Source: Eledone cirrhosa (taxonomy: Eukaryota). From it: 64,000 nt of DNA. The position numbers and the translations under genes are program-made. Every line of letters begins with the position of its first letter. Positions within the stretch are counted from its first letter, which is position 1. The notes beneath the pieces are model-generated. The model did not search any database. It saw only the letters and a list, made by a program, of their open reading frames with translations, and was not told where the DNA came from. The stretch lies in NCBI GenBank assembly GCA_964016885.1, contig OZ024760.1:25916001-25980000 (forward strand), written 5' to 3'. Positions 1 through 21,096 of this stretch are shown here, piece by piece.

Positions 1-5800
<5,800 letters not shown>

Positions 5801-5887
5801 GGTTATATTTAATTTGTTGGGATTCAACAAGCTTAAAAAATTTCTATAACTGATATAAAGCACTCAACAAGTTATTGGAGTAAATAC

Positions 5888-6397
<510 letters not shown>

Positions 6398-6433
6398 CCT
6401 TGCACCCTGGGAAGAGCGGACTTTAGATGATGA

Positions 6434-6504
<71 letters not shown>

Positions 6505-6651
6505 TGTATGTATGTATGTATGTATGTATGTATGTATGTATATTGTGTTACTCAGCTCATCACTCATTCTCTCTGTTGTTTGAGAAATATATAAATAACA
6601 ATATGTGATATGTGAATATAGTAACAATAATAATAATAATAATAGTGGTAA

Positions 6652-7259
6652 TTAAAAAGGATTTAGGACTGTCGTGAGATCAAGGTCGTCCCGATTGTCA
6701 TAGAAGCACTGGGATCTATATCAAAGAGTTTTCGAGGATGGTTAAAGAACATTAGTCCAGCCCCGTTTTTTGGAACACTTCAAAAAGCATGCTTGCTGGG
6801 TACAGCAGGAACCCTCCGATACGACCTGAATATCTGAGGCTACAAGTAACGGCATGAAATTAGAAAACAATAGGCCTGACCAGGTGGTTTTTGACAAGGA
6901 AAAAAGATCGTGCCTCATTGTAGATGTGGCCTCCCCTGTGACACAAGATTGCAAGAAAAGGAGAAGGAGAAAATTACCCGATACCAGGATTTAAAGTGGG
7001 AGTTAAAAAGGATTTGAGTCTGTCATGAGATCAAGGTGGTCCCGATTGTCATAGGAGCACTAGGTACTATCTCAAAACGTATTCAAGGATGGTTCAATAA
7101 AATTAGTCCAGCCCCCTTTTTTGGAACACTTCAAAAGGCATGCTTGCTGGGGACAGCAAGAATCCTCCGATACGTCCTGAATATCTGAGGCTGCAGGTAA
7201 TGGCTTGATATTCATTTGAACAAATTTTCCAGTTAAATAACATCAATGACTGACACTCA

Positions 7260-7291
<32 letters not shown>

Positions 7292-7300
7292 TAATAATAT
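6652..7300 (+). mobile_element. Two tandem 3' fragments of an R4/Dong-like (RLE endonuclease) non-LTR retrotransposon with (AAT)n tail
   Basis: Encodes a decayed RPD-x-VVFDKEKRSCLIVDV...KYQDLKWE...VVPIVIGALG...LQKACLLGTA restriction-like endonuclease C-terminus; ends in (AAT)n. Confidence 0.85.
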
Positions 7301-7387
7301 AGTATCCGACAGTTGGCTCACGCCGTTTCACGCTGTTTCAACTAGGGTAACTAATAAGTTTCAAATTATCCCCTATATATATATATA

Positions 7388-7587
<200 letters not shown>

Positions 7588-7588
7588 G

Positions 7589-7880
<292 letters not shown>

Positions 7881-8191
7881 ATATATATTTGTTTTGCGAG
7901 GTTTTTGATATGAAATCGTGTGTCGAAACAAATATTGTTATACTTGGGGAGGATCATATTGTTATAATAATATTGCCAGAACTAATAACAGAACACACTC
8001 ACTGTTTGGTTGGTTTTCGCTTCTGTATCTTTTATATCAGTTAATTAATTCGGTCCTCAATGTTTACCATTGACTGACCAACGGTCAAAATTACACCTCT
8101 AATATAGACACAAACACATATATATTAATTCTGGCAATATTTTTATAGCAATATGACCCTACCCAAGTATAACAATATATATATATCGATA

Positions 8192-8272
<81 letters not shown>

Positions 8273-8288
8273 ATATATATATATATAT

Positions 8289-8358
<70 letters not shown>

Positions 8359-8983
8359 ATATATATATATATATATGTTTTTGTATTGCTTTTTGTGGTT
8401 TTAGCCTAAAAATGCATTATTTACAATACATACCATGCAAGTGTCTTTTCTGTACCAGTAATTGTGTGCGTGTGATGGCGTGTTTTATCAAGATTCTACT
8501 TTTTGACGATATAAAAACAGAGTTCTATTCCTCACCATATCTATATATTTGTAAATGGTTTTTGTCTATTTTCTGGGGTCCTTATAACAGAGTATTTTCT
8601 ATGTTTTCTTTTTAATACTCCTGTCTTTAAAATATACAAAAAACATATGTGATGTAAGTGTGATATTAACTGCATGGCAGAAAACATAGCCAAACATAGT
8701 CAGACATCGTATTCGCCTCGTAGACATGTGAATAATTTAGCGATTTTTATGAAGTTGGCAAATTCCAGTGCAGCTAACGTTTCATGTTTGTGTCTCTCAT
8801 CATGGGAAGTGCATTTCCCTCATTTTTCTCGTAAATAATATAAGGAATTACATATGGAACGGTTCAATATTCCAATGGAAGAAAAATGTCTTAGTGCTTT
8901 TTGTTGTTTTATTTGTGTGTGTGTGTGTCTGTCTGTCTGTCTGTCTGTGTGTGTGTGTGTGTGTCTGTCTGTCTGTCTGTCTG

Positions 8984-9070
<87 letters not shown>

Positions 9071-9302
9071 ATATATATTCTAAGATGAAAAATTAAGTTA
9101 ACGATATCCTATACCATATATATATAGGAAAAGAATGATTTCACTTGTAGTTTGATTTAATTTTATAATATCATGAGTTCGTCGATCTAGATCAACCAAC
9201 TCATCATATCATAAATTTAAATAATTGTTCAGAACTACAAGTGAAGTCACTTTTTTCACTTTTTTTAAATATATATAACTGTACCAAGGATTTCATACAT
9301 TT

Positions 9303-9375
<73 letters not shown>

Positions 9376-9501
9376 ATATAAACATACATTTAATATATAC
9401 ACACACACACATATATATATATATTCAAATATAGGGCAATGTGCATCATATATCTTTGGCATAACCCCACAAAAAATTTCTAATCACCTTGTTTCCTATC
9501 G

Positions 9502-9564
<63 letters not shown>

Positions 9565-10277
9565 ATGTGTATATATATATGTGTGTGTGTGTATATGTAT
9601 GTGTGTATGCATGTATGTATGTATGTATATGTGTATGTGTGTATCTATGTATGTATCTATATATCTATGTATATATATATGTCTATATATGTCTATGTAT
9701 GTATGTATGTATGTATCTATGTATGTATCTATATATCTATGTATATATATATATATATGTCTATGTATGTATGTATAACTGGCAATGAAAAAAAAACCAG
9801 ATCGGTCAATGAAATAATAGACAGCAGCTCAGATCTATTAATCGATCCATTGGTATGTATAGGTTTGGCAAGGTAAGGTCATCAAATCGATAGATCGAAT
9901 CACATTCCTTGTTATATTCAGAACGAAATGAGTTATTGAACCACAATCAATCAGTGACGAGTCAAGCGTGACATATCATACGTATCACGTGATTTTCTAT
10001 TTGTTGTTGTAGTTATTGTTGTTGCTTTTGTTGTTTTTGTTGTTGTTGTTAGTGTGTCTCGTTTTGGTTGTTGTTGTTGTTGTTGTTGTTGTTTTTGCAA
10101 AATCGATCGTGAATGTTGTACCAATCAAGGAAGCATATAGTGACGTCATAACCAAATAGAGACGGAATCAATCAAGCGTACATTATCGATCTATGGATCA
10201 CGTGGATCACGGTTTGCATGTATCAGTATCAGCGAGTCTTTAATGATCAGGACAACTTCAATCTCCCCATTAACAGT

Positions 10278-10323
<46 letters not shown>

Positions 10324-10436
10324 TATGCATACATATATATATAAATCTATACTTGTATGATGTATATATATATAGATATATGTATATACATATATATATA
10401 TATATACATATGTATATATATATATGTATATATATA

Positions 10437-10505
<69 letters not shown>

Positions 10506-10619
10506 GCATACATATATATATAAATCTATATTTGTATGATGTATATATATATATATAGATATATGTATATACATATATATATATATATACATATGTATAT
10601 ATATATATGTATATATATA

Positions 10620-10734
<115 letters not shown>

Positions 10735-10846
10735 GCATACATATATATATAAATCTATATTTGTATGATGTATATATATATAGATATATGTATATACATA
10801 TATATATATATATATACATATGTATATATATATATGTATATATATA

Positions 10847-10914
<68 letters not shown>

Positions 10915-11238
10915 TATGTGTGTGTGTGTATATATATTAACATAAACACACACACGCACATATATACATGCATATATGCATGCATACATATATACAAATA
11001 TATATATATGGATATTTATGTGTGTGTATATATATATATATATATGTGTGTATGTGTGTGTGTGTGGGGGTGGGTGTGTGTGTGTGTGGGTGCGTCTGTA
11101 TGTGTGTGTGTGTGTGTATCGAACACAAAAAAAAACACTATTAACATTTGTAAAAATCACAAAATACAAACCATTTCAGAGAGATGAAAATAATACATTC
11201 CAAAATGGAGAACAACTTACCGCACAATTATGACAATA

Positions 11239-11295
<57 letters not shown>

Positions 11296-11366
11296 ATAAT
11301 GATACTGAATATTTATATCAGTTATAATGTTTTTTGATGATTATGGTGATTTTGTCGTGGTGGGAT

Positions 11367-11438
<72 letters not shown>

Positions 11439-11704
11439 CAGCAGTAGTAGTAGCAGCAGTATTGACAACAACAATATTTCATTGAACGAAGTATGAGCTG
11501 TAGTAAGACTATAGTGATAAAATCATAAAACTGATCACTACTACTACTACTACTACTACTACTATTACTACTACTACTATCATAGCTATTGCTGTTAGTA
11601 TTTGTATTATCAGTACTGAAATGATCAATTATTGTTTTTGTTCATATTGTTAATTTTTTTTTTTTTTTTTATATTATTTTTATCAACATCACAATTATCG
11701 TCAC

Positions 11705-11748
<44 letters not shown>

Positions 11749-11854
11749 CCATTATCATCACCATCATCATTATCATTTGTGATTAGATATCGTAAAGCTG
11801 TTCTCGAAATATGTTATATTACAAATATTAGTAGTAATAAAAATAATGGTTTCA

Positions 11855-12142
11855 TCTATTGGCCATAAGGGTGGACATGTAGGGGACAAGGGTCGACATG
11901 TAGGGGACAAGGGTCGACATGTAGGGGCCAATACAAAGACACGGACTGTGGTGTGGGGGGGGGGTTACAATAAGCTCGAGTAAAAGTGCACAATGGCAAA
12001 ATTAATTTAACAATCAAAATATAAAATAAACTATGTATAAACATAACAAAATAAATTCCCCCAATATGGGCTGAACCACCCAGGGGAGACTCAGTTACCC
12101 CTCCACCAATCCCGAACCACCCGACGCTTCTAGGGCACTCGG
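11855..12142 (-). mobile_element. Diverged 3'UTR fragment related to the Tx1-like family
   Basis: ctattggccataaggg...aaattccccccaatatgggc resembles 28828-28985; abuts (AAT)n. Confidence 0.45.
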
Positions 12143-12206
<64 letters not shown>

Positions 12207-12208
12207 TA

Positions 12209-12846
12209 ACACTTCAAAAGGCATGCTTGTTGGGAACAGCAAGAACCCTCCGATACGTCCTGAATATCTGAGGCTGCGGGTAGCGGCGTGATATTCATTT
12301 CAACAAACTTTCCAGTTAAATAACATCAATGACTGAGACTCAAAAAACAATAATAATAATAATAATAATAATAATAATTGTTTAATAATAATAATATTAA
12401 TAATAATAATAATAATCATTTCAGGATACAGACGGACAAGAAACTGGAACACAATAGACCTGACCTGGTGGTTTTTGACAAGGAAAAAAGATCGTGCCTG
12501 ATTGTAGATGTAACATGTCCCTTTGACACGAGAGTGCAAGAAAAGGAGAGGAGAAAATTAACCGATACCAGGATTTAAAGTTGGAGTTAAAAAGGGTTTG
12601 GGACTGTCATGAGCTCAAGGTCGTCCCGATTGTCATAGGAGCACTAGGTACTATCTCAAAGAGTTTCCAAGGATGGTTAAAGAAGATTAGTCCAGCCCCG
12701 CATTTTCGAACACTTCAAAAGGCATGCTTGCTGGGAACAGCTAACAATCCTCGGATACGTCCTGAAAGTCTGAGGCTACAGGTAGTGGCTTGATGTTCAT
12801 TTCAACAAACTTTCCAGTTAAATAACATCAATGACTGAAACTCAAA

Positions 12847-12900
<54 letters not shown>
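12209..12900 (+). mobile_element. R4/Dong-like 3' fragments (12209-12345 and 12418-12846) in (AAT)n arrays
   Basis: ORFs 12378-12578 and 12581-12793 read NRPDLVVFDKEKRSCLIVDVTCP and VVPIVIGALGTISK...LQKACLLGTA; same 3'UTR as 7180-7260. Confidence 0.88.
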
Positions 12901-12911
<11 letters not shown>

Positions 12912-12914
<3 letters not shown>

Positions 12915-13012
12915 TTTTCTTTATTAACCACAAGGGTTTACATAAAGTAGACATTAAGGACAGTACAGGACAATACAGGACGGTACAAATGGGCATTTCT
13001 GCGTGTAAAAAA
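12912..13012 (-). mobile_element. Short 3'-terminal fragment of the Tx1-like LINE
   Basis: Matches 28822-28920 (ttctttattaaccacaagggtttacataaag...gcgtgtaaaaaa); follows an (AAT)n tract. Confidence 0.85.
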
Positions 13013-13035
13013 AACATCAATGACTGAAACTCAAA

Positions 13036-13115
<80 letters not shown>

Positions 13116-13139
13116 CAAATAATAATAATAATAATATTT

Positions 13140-13611
13140 TGGCGATGATGGTGATGATGATGGTAATGTGGTGGCGTAGCTACTGCTGATGATGATTATA
13201 ATGATGATGATGCTGATGATGATGATGAGGATGGTGGTGGTGATAATTTCAATGAAAAAAATCCAAGATGTTTAAGTTGATGCTTATATTTTGTAATTGA
13301 AGATGATGATGATGATGATGATGATGTGGAGGAGGAGGCGGAGACGGAGAATAAAGGAGGAGGAGGAGGAGGAGGAGGAGGAAAACAGAAGGAGGAGGCG
13401 GAATAGAGCCGTAATGATGATGATGAGGAGGAGGAGGAGGAAGAGGAGGAGGAGGAGGAGGAGGAAGAGAAGGAGAAGAAGAAGGAGGAGGAGGAGGAGG
13501 AGGAGGAGGAGGAGGAGGAGGAGGAGGAGGAAATGATAATGATTATGTAGTACGATGCTGGTGTGAATAATGATGATGATAATAGTAATAGTATTGTTTT
13601 CAGTGATTGTA

Positions 13612-13643
<32 letters not shown>

Positions 13644-14290
13644 GATGGTGGTGGTGGTGGTGGTGGTGGTGGTGGTGATAGTGATGGTGGTGCTGGTTGA
13701 GTGATTGTGATGATGGTGATGATGATGATCATGATGGTGATGATGATCATGATGGTGATGCTGGTGATGATGGTGATGGTGGTGATGGTGGTGATGGTGG
13801 TGGTGGTGGTGGTGGTGGTGGTGGTGTAGGGGTGGTGGTGCTGGTTGAGATGGAAGTCAACTTTCAAAAGTCTTTTTATTTCGCCGTGTCCGTCCTAACG
13901 ACAAATATTTACATTAAACACACGTATTGAATACTACATGTCTAACAAACAAAGAAAATAACAAGCCAGAGAGAGAGAGGGGGTGTGGGAAAGAAAGAGT
14001 GAGGTGGGAAAGAAAGAGAAAAGGAAAAAAAGAGTGCGGGAGAGGAAGAAAGAGAGAGGGGAAGAAAGAGAGATAGAGGGGGAGAAGAAACCGAGGGAGA
14101 AAGAAAGGGAAAAGGAAAAAAGAGAGAGGGGAAAAAGAAAGAGAGGGGAAGAAAGAGAGAGGGGGGTAGAAAAAAGAAAGAAAGAAGGGAAGAATGAAAG
14201 AGAGAGGGGGAGAAAGAGAGAGGGAAGAAAGATAGAGAGAGGGGGAGAAAGATAGCGGAAGGAGTGGGTGAAAATTAAAAGAAGAAAAAG
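13140..14290. repeat. Mosaic of (GAT)n, (GAG)n and (GGT)n microsatellites followed by a polypurine tract
   Basis: Direct inspection. Confidence 0.9.
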
Positions 14291-14529
14291 GAGATGAATC
14301 TGTGTATTAAACAGAGCCTCCCATTTGTATAATATTTATTGCACAATCTACCCTCGTGGGCCACGTGAGGGTCACCATTAATAGGGCCGTTGTTTTGTGG
14401 GGGGTTTAATATGCAATGGAAGATTATTTAAATCTAAATCATTTATGAATCCACGACGTAAAAATCAGGGTGAAATTTAAACCGATCTCAAACGAATGTT
14501 TCAGGATTACCTTTCAACAGGGACCGGCT

Positions 14530-15172
14530 CGACATGGTATTTAGTCCTACATGGTGCTTAGTCCTACATGGTGATTAGCCCTACATGGTGCTTAGCACTA
14601 CATGGTGTTTAGCTCTACGCTCTACATGTTGCTTAACCCTACATGGTGTTTAACTACACATGGTGCTTAGTCCTACATGGTGCTTAGCCCTACATGTTGT
14701 TTAGCCCTACATGGCGTTTAGCTCTACATGTTCCTTAGCTACACGTGTTGCATTGCTCTATATGTTGCTTAGCCCTACATGGTGTTTAATCCCACATGGT
14801 GCTTAGTCCTACATGGTGCTTAGCCCTACATGGTGCTTATCCCTACATGGTGTTTAGCCCTACATGGTGTTTAGCTCTACATGTTCCTTAGCTACACGTG
14901 TTGCATTGCTCTACATGTTGCTCAGCCCTACATGGTGATTAGTCCTACATGGTGTTCAGCCCTACATGGTGCTCAGCTCTACATGGTTCTTAGTCCTCCA
15001 TGGAGCTTAGCCCTACATGTTGCCAAGCTGTGCTTTGTGTTTAGTCCTACATGAGGCTTAGCTGTTCGTGTTGCTTAGCTCTACACGTTGCCAAGCTGTA
15101 CATGATGCTTCGTCCTACATGTTGCTTAACTCTACATGGTGCTTAGCTCTACATGGTGCTTAGCCCTATATG
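14530..15172. repeat. 17-bp minisatellite (acatggtgcttagyyct)n
   Basis: Direct inspection; ~37 diverged units. Confidence 0.92.
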
Positions 15173-15469
15173 GAGGTGAACCACATTCTCCCAGGTATGT
15201 ACTCCATTCTCCCAAATGAAATAATATTTTTAACTTACAGTTTGGGAAGAAGACAAAACCAGTTTTTTCACATTTCCCGTTCTAACCATATTCACTAGGA
15301 AAAATACAAAGCCTGCATTTCCCACTACACAGACCAGACACACCCAGGCCGAATCATGCTGCAGGATAAAAGAAAAGCAATACATGATTATATATATGCG
15401 TGCGTTTGTGTGTGTATGTATATGTGTGTGTGTGTATGTATATGTATGTATGTATATAAGTATGTATAT

Positions 15470-16315
15470 GTATATGTATGTATATAAGTATGTATGCACG
15501 TATGTATGTATATGTATGTACATATGTACGTATGTATGTATGTACGTACGTACGTATGTATGTATGTATGCATCTATGTACGTACGTACGTATGATTGTA
15601 CATATGCATGTAAGTATGTACGTAAGTACGTATGTATCTACATATGCATGTATGTACGTAAATACGTATGTATGTATATACATATGCATATATGTACGTG
15701 AATACGTATGTATGTATGTATGTATGTATGTATGTATGCATCTATGTACGTACGTACGTATGATTGTACATATTCATGTAAGTATGTTCGTAAGTACGTA
15801 TGCATGTACATATGCATGCATGTACGTAAATACGTATGTATGTATATACATATGCATGTATGTATGTATGTATGTATGTATGTATGTATGTATGTATGTA
15901 TGTATGTATGTATGTATGTATGTATGTATGTATGCATCTATGTACGTACGTGCGTATGTATGTACATATGCATATAAGTACGTACGTAAGTACGTATGTA
16001 TGTACATATGCATGTATGTACGTAAATACGTATGTATGTATATACATATGCATGTATGTACGTGAATACGTATGTATGTATGTATGTATGTATGTATGTA
16101 TGTATGTATGTATGTATGTATGTATGTATGTATGTATGTATGTATGTATGTATGTATGTATGCATCTATGTACGTACGTACGTGTGTATGTACATATGCA
16201 TATAAGTACGTACGTAAGTACGTATGTATGTACATATGCATGTATGAACGTAAATACGTATGTATGTATGTTTGTATGTATGTATGTATGTATGTATGTA
16301 TGTATGTATGTATGC
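15470..16315. repeat. (TATG)n-based compound minisatellite with ~200-bp higher-order units
   Basis: gcatctatgtacgtacgt recurs at ~15570, 15738, 15934 and 16162. Confidence 0.85.
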
Positions 16316-16639
16316 AGGCAGGTATGTGAGTGAGAGCGGGTGCGTCTGGTGGTGGCCAGCATCCGAACTCTGCCTGCCGTGGCCTTTCACTGAGAAACAC
16401 AAGGTAAAAATTAGTGTAGTCTATCTAGCTATGTAATTGGATTAAAGCATTAAGATTTCGCACCATGCTGGATCTTTGCCAGAGGTGTCGTATTCCTGAA
16501 ATTGTTTAAGAAAATTATTGGCTCAAATGTATATCGGTATCAATACACACAACCACACACACACACACCCACACACACGCACACACACGCATACACACAT
16601 ACACATTTATATATATGTATATATACATACACATATATA

Positions 16640-16674
<35 letters not shown>

Positions 16675-16787
16675 AGGGGGGAAAGGAAAGATGAAGATAT
16701 AGAGAGAGAGATGGAAAAATATGTCTGTATGTGTATGTATATAATAAAAGTATTGTATATATATATATATATATACATATATATACA

Positions 16788-16842
<55 letters not shown>

Positions 16843-17007
16843 TATATATATATATATATATATGATACACATATAGGGTAATTGTAATTTATTACGATAT
16901 AATACTGCTTCTAGTTCACACAATCATATAAATACACGTGCACACAGGAACTCTCACTCACACACGCATACACACACTCTCTCTCTCTCACACACACAGA
17001 CACATAC

Positions 17008-17190
<183 letters not shown>

Positions 17191-17744
17191 TATATATATA
17201 TAAATATATATATACAGCTAATTTGTTTCATATTTTGATTCAAACATGTAACATGTATTTCGCTACCGTAGGTTTCAAAGGTAGCCGCAGCGACAGATTG
17301 TAAATGGTGGTACATAAACTCACACACACACACACATACATATATATATATACACATATAATTATATATATAATACACTTTGATAATACAAAATGTCTTT
17401 TTATATACCCCATTGCTCTGTACTTCAAAAGTGCAACATTTTCACCTACACTGCTGGAGCAATCTAGCGATCCCATTAAGCGTACAAGTGACTGTGGAAT
17501 ACTCAGCCATTAAGACTATAATTCAATGAGTAAGATCTTTTTTTTTTTCGTCAATAGCACAACTGTAATACTCATCGTCGACAGCGATGGAGTATCAATT
17601 TACTTTAATGTTTGACTATTTGTATGTTTGTGTTGTTAATTTTTTTTTGTAAAACGATAAAACTGCCATTAATATACGTATCAACATTTACACTTTTTTT
17701 ACTTATTGCAAGTGATTTGGTGGTGAATTTGACAGAGTCTCTAG

Positions 17745-17900
17745 GGTGCCAAATAAAACACTTTTACGGTATTCCTTTCGGTTCTCGGCGCTCTGAGCTC
17801 TCAGTTGAAATCCCGCCGCCAAAGTCAACTTTGCCTTTCATCCTTTCGAGGTCGATAAGAGAAGTACTACCCAAATACTGGAGTTGGGGTTCGATCCCTC
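17745..17900 (+). mobile_element. Degenerate family A SINE
   Basis: gtcaactttgcctttcatcctttcgaggtcgataa core. Confidence 0.7.
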
Positions 17901-17918
17901 TATATCTCATGTTATTTT

Positions 17919-17980
<62 letters not shown>

Positions 17981-18004
17981 ATATCAATCTATCTATCTAT
18001 AAAT

Positions 18005-18064
<60 letters not shown>

Positions 18065-18850
18065 CCCCCTCTCTCTCTCTCTGAAAGAAATAGGCTGTGT
18101 TCACACCTGGAGAGAGTATAGCTCCACCAGGTTTTTTGTTTAATGTCCAAGACATGCTGCGTGTCGCTACGACGCGTCTTACTTCTCCACCAGGAGTTAT
18201 GGCCACCTTCATACACACATACATACATACACACACACATACATACATACATACATACATACATACATACATACATACATACATACATACATAGGAAATT
18301 ACAAGTACAATCCATTAATGGAACAGTAAAAATATGTAAAACATTCCAAATATTTTGCATCTAATAACTGCATATACACATGTACAGATACAAAACATAT
18401 ACACATGCACACATACAACTCAAAACATCCACATCCACACATGCAATAACATCCATATCTACACATGCATGCATACATACATATCTATCTAGTTGATGTT
18501 GTGTAAATTCCAATGAGAGAGCCTTGTGTCTATGTTAGAAACCGACTCTCTCTCTATTGGGAAACATTTGTGAAATTATAATACCAGAAGAATATACATA
18601 CATACATACATACATACATACATACATACATACATACATACATACATACATACATACATACATACATACATACAAATGGCTGCGATAGCTGGCACCTTCA
18701 AAATTTGCAAGACATTCTTGCGATTCAAGAGATGACAATTTCTTTTACAACCTTGCCACCAGGAAGGTGGCCGTTAAAAAATATACTCGAAATTAAGAGA
18801 AAGACATACATACATACATACATACATACATACATACATACATACATACA

Positions 18851-18882
<32 letters not shown>

Positions 18883-19440
18883 GCAGACGATTAAAATGAT
18901 GATGATTGTCATTAGAATCTTTCAAAGCAGCACCTCATAATTATGTGTGTTTATGTATACATTCATATATATATATATATGTTTGTATATGTGTGTGTGT
19001 GCGCGTGTTTGTATACATGCATAAACACATGCATACATCTATGTACCTATATGCGTGCATATTTGCGTGTATGTATGTGCAAATGTGTGCATGTTCATGT
19101 GTGTGTGCGAATGCGTGTATATGCTTGTGTGTGTTGCATTGAAAAAAAGCCTTAATGTGTTCAAGTCTCACCAGTTTTAAATCAAGGCTTCCATATTTTC
19201 TTATAAGTTCTGTGTTCGGTTTATTAGGAGCAGTAAGGTTCCTAAACCCTTCGACAATATTTCGAGATCTTCGCAGTCGCATCTTCAGAATAAAGTGGTG
19301 TTGACGTGTGTTGTTTCTCCTTTTATAGCAGCAAACACGACTAATTGGATTGATGTGTTGATTGCACTGAAGTTTGAACTTTTCTCCTTAGATTCATGTC
19401 ACATATCTCAGGTCTATATGTATATGTATGTATATATATA

Positions 19441-19546
<106 letters not shown>

Positions 19547-20003
19547 TGTGTGGTTTCTATAGGACTAGAACTGTTTCATTCAAAAGAAATCATCAGGGCT
19601 TTCCTGATTTCTTTCGAATGAAACAGTTCTAATCCTGTAGAAGCCATTTCTATATTAAACTTATATATATATATATATATATGGGGGGGGGGGGGTGATG
19701 GCCGACTGTATTGAATAGGTATGTGTGCTTTTTTCTCATTTCCCCCGTTCCTTCCTCTCATCATTCTTTACTTTCTATTTATTTATTTCTAACTCGATCT
19801 TTTGATGAATGATTAGTGTCTGAAACGTTAAGACTCTCTCTCCCTTCAAGTGTTAAACTAATATATTTCTTCCATGTACTGTGCCGTTTGTTTTGTTATT
19901 TTTGTCCTTTCCGTTTACCGTTTAGACACACACACATTTATATATACATGGTGCCCCAGCATGGCCTCAGCCGGATGGCTGGAACAGGTAAAAGAGTAAA
20001 AGA

Positions 20004-20080
<77 letters not shown>

Positions 20081-20097
20081 GGTGTGTGTGTGCGCGC

Positions 20098-20173
<76 letters not shown>

Positions 20174-20589
20174 GTGTGTATAATGTCTGTTTCTAGCTAG
20201 TAAATGTTATCTCTGTGTTCATTTTAGGACTGTGTAGTACAATGATTATTGCCGCGAATTCTGTAGAGTATGTATGTTTTTTCTACTGATATTTTCCCGT
20301 CTGTTCTGCCCTGTACTGTACTGCATTTCAATTGCACATCGTTGGGATAGCCACCGGCTTGATGAGCTCCTGGTCTAACCCTGCGATGGACTGGTGTCAT
20401 GTCCAGGGGGAGTTTTAGACATTCAGTCACTTCACCCCATAGAAACCGGGATAATCAGCAGTCTGATCAGCCAGGGGCTTCGAAACAGACTTTAACCCTC
20501 AGACGGACTTGAGTCTTGTCCAAAACCTTGAAACATTTTTTAGATTTTTGTGATTTTTGTGTATTATAGGGCCTTACTCTTGTTCGATG

Positions 20590-20800
20590 CACCAGCTACA
20601 GGGTGGAAGAGGCCACGTAGCAGTAGGGCCCGCACCAGATGGCTCAATCTGTGATTAAAGAGGATCTCCAGAGGCTCAATGTCACCTTGGAGGATACAGA
20701 GTTTCTGGAACAGGACCGCCAGCGATGGAGGTTTTGGCGGAACTGATGGGCTCTACGCCTCCGGGATCCCTGACATAGGTTGACCCTAGTCCCATAGAGA
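20590..20800 (+). mobile_element. RTE-clade LINE 3' remnant
   Basis: Translates (with a frameshift) to GWKRPR..RTRWL..IKEDLQRLNVTLEDTEFLEQDRQRWR, the RTE C-terminal GRP..RW..DL..DR..WR pattern. Confidence 0.65.
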
Positions 20801-20942
20801 AGGCGCATGGCTTAGTGGTTAGAGCAATGGGCTTGCATTCGAGAGGTTGTGAGTTCAATTCTCGGACCGGGTGATGTGTTGTTTCCTTGAGCAAGACACT
20901 TTATTTCACATTGCTCCAGTTTACTCACCTGTAGAAATGAGA
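20800..20942 (+). mobile_element. tRNA-derived SINE (family B, V-domain-like)
   Basis: A box TGGCTTAGTGG, B box GAGTTCAATTC, followed by ccttgagcaagacactt (V-SINE-like). Confidence 0.8.
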
Positions 20943-21096
20943 TGATAGGACTGGGGTCCCCGTCATTAAATTACCCAAGACACCTCCAACGAGATATACC
21001 TTGGAGGAGGCCAGCTAAACCTGCATAGGTGTGAGCTGTTACAACAACAACATTGAGAAAGAACAAAGAAATAGAAGATAAAGAGTATATTTAAGT

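Noticed and set aside
13196-14255. Pro/Ser/Glu/Arg-rich ORFs
   Set aside because: Trinucleotide and polypurine repeat translations.
16320-16410. Possible host exon ending AAG|GTAAAA
   Set aside because: No convincing acceptor site, no recognisable peptide and no partner exons.
17245-17300. Minus-strand GCTACC..GGTAGC-GAAA hairpin as a hammerhead
   Set aside because: A stem II-like helix and GAAA are present, but the CUGANGA core and stem I are missing; too degenerate to call.
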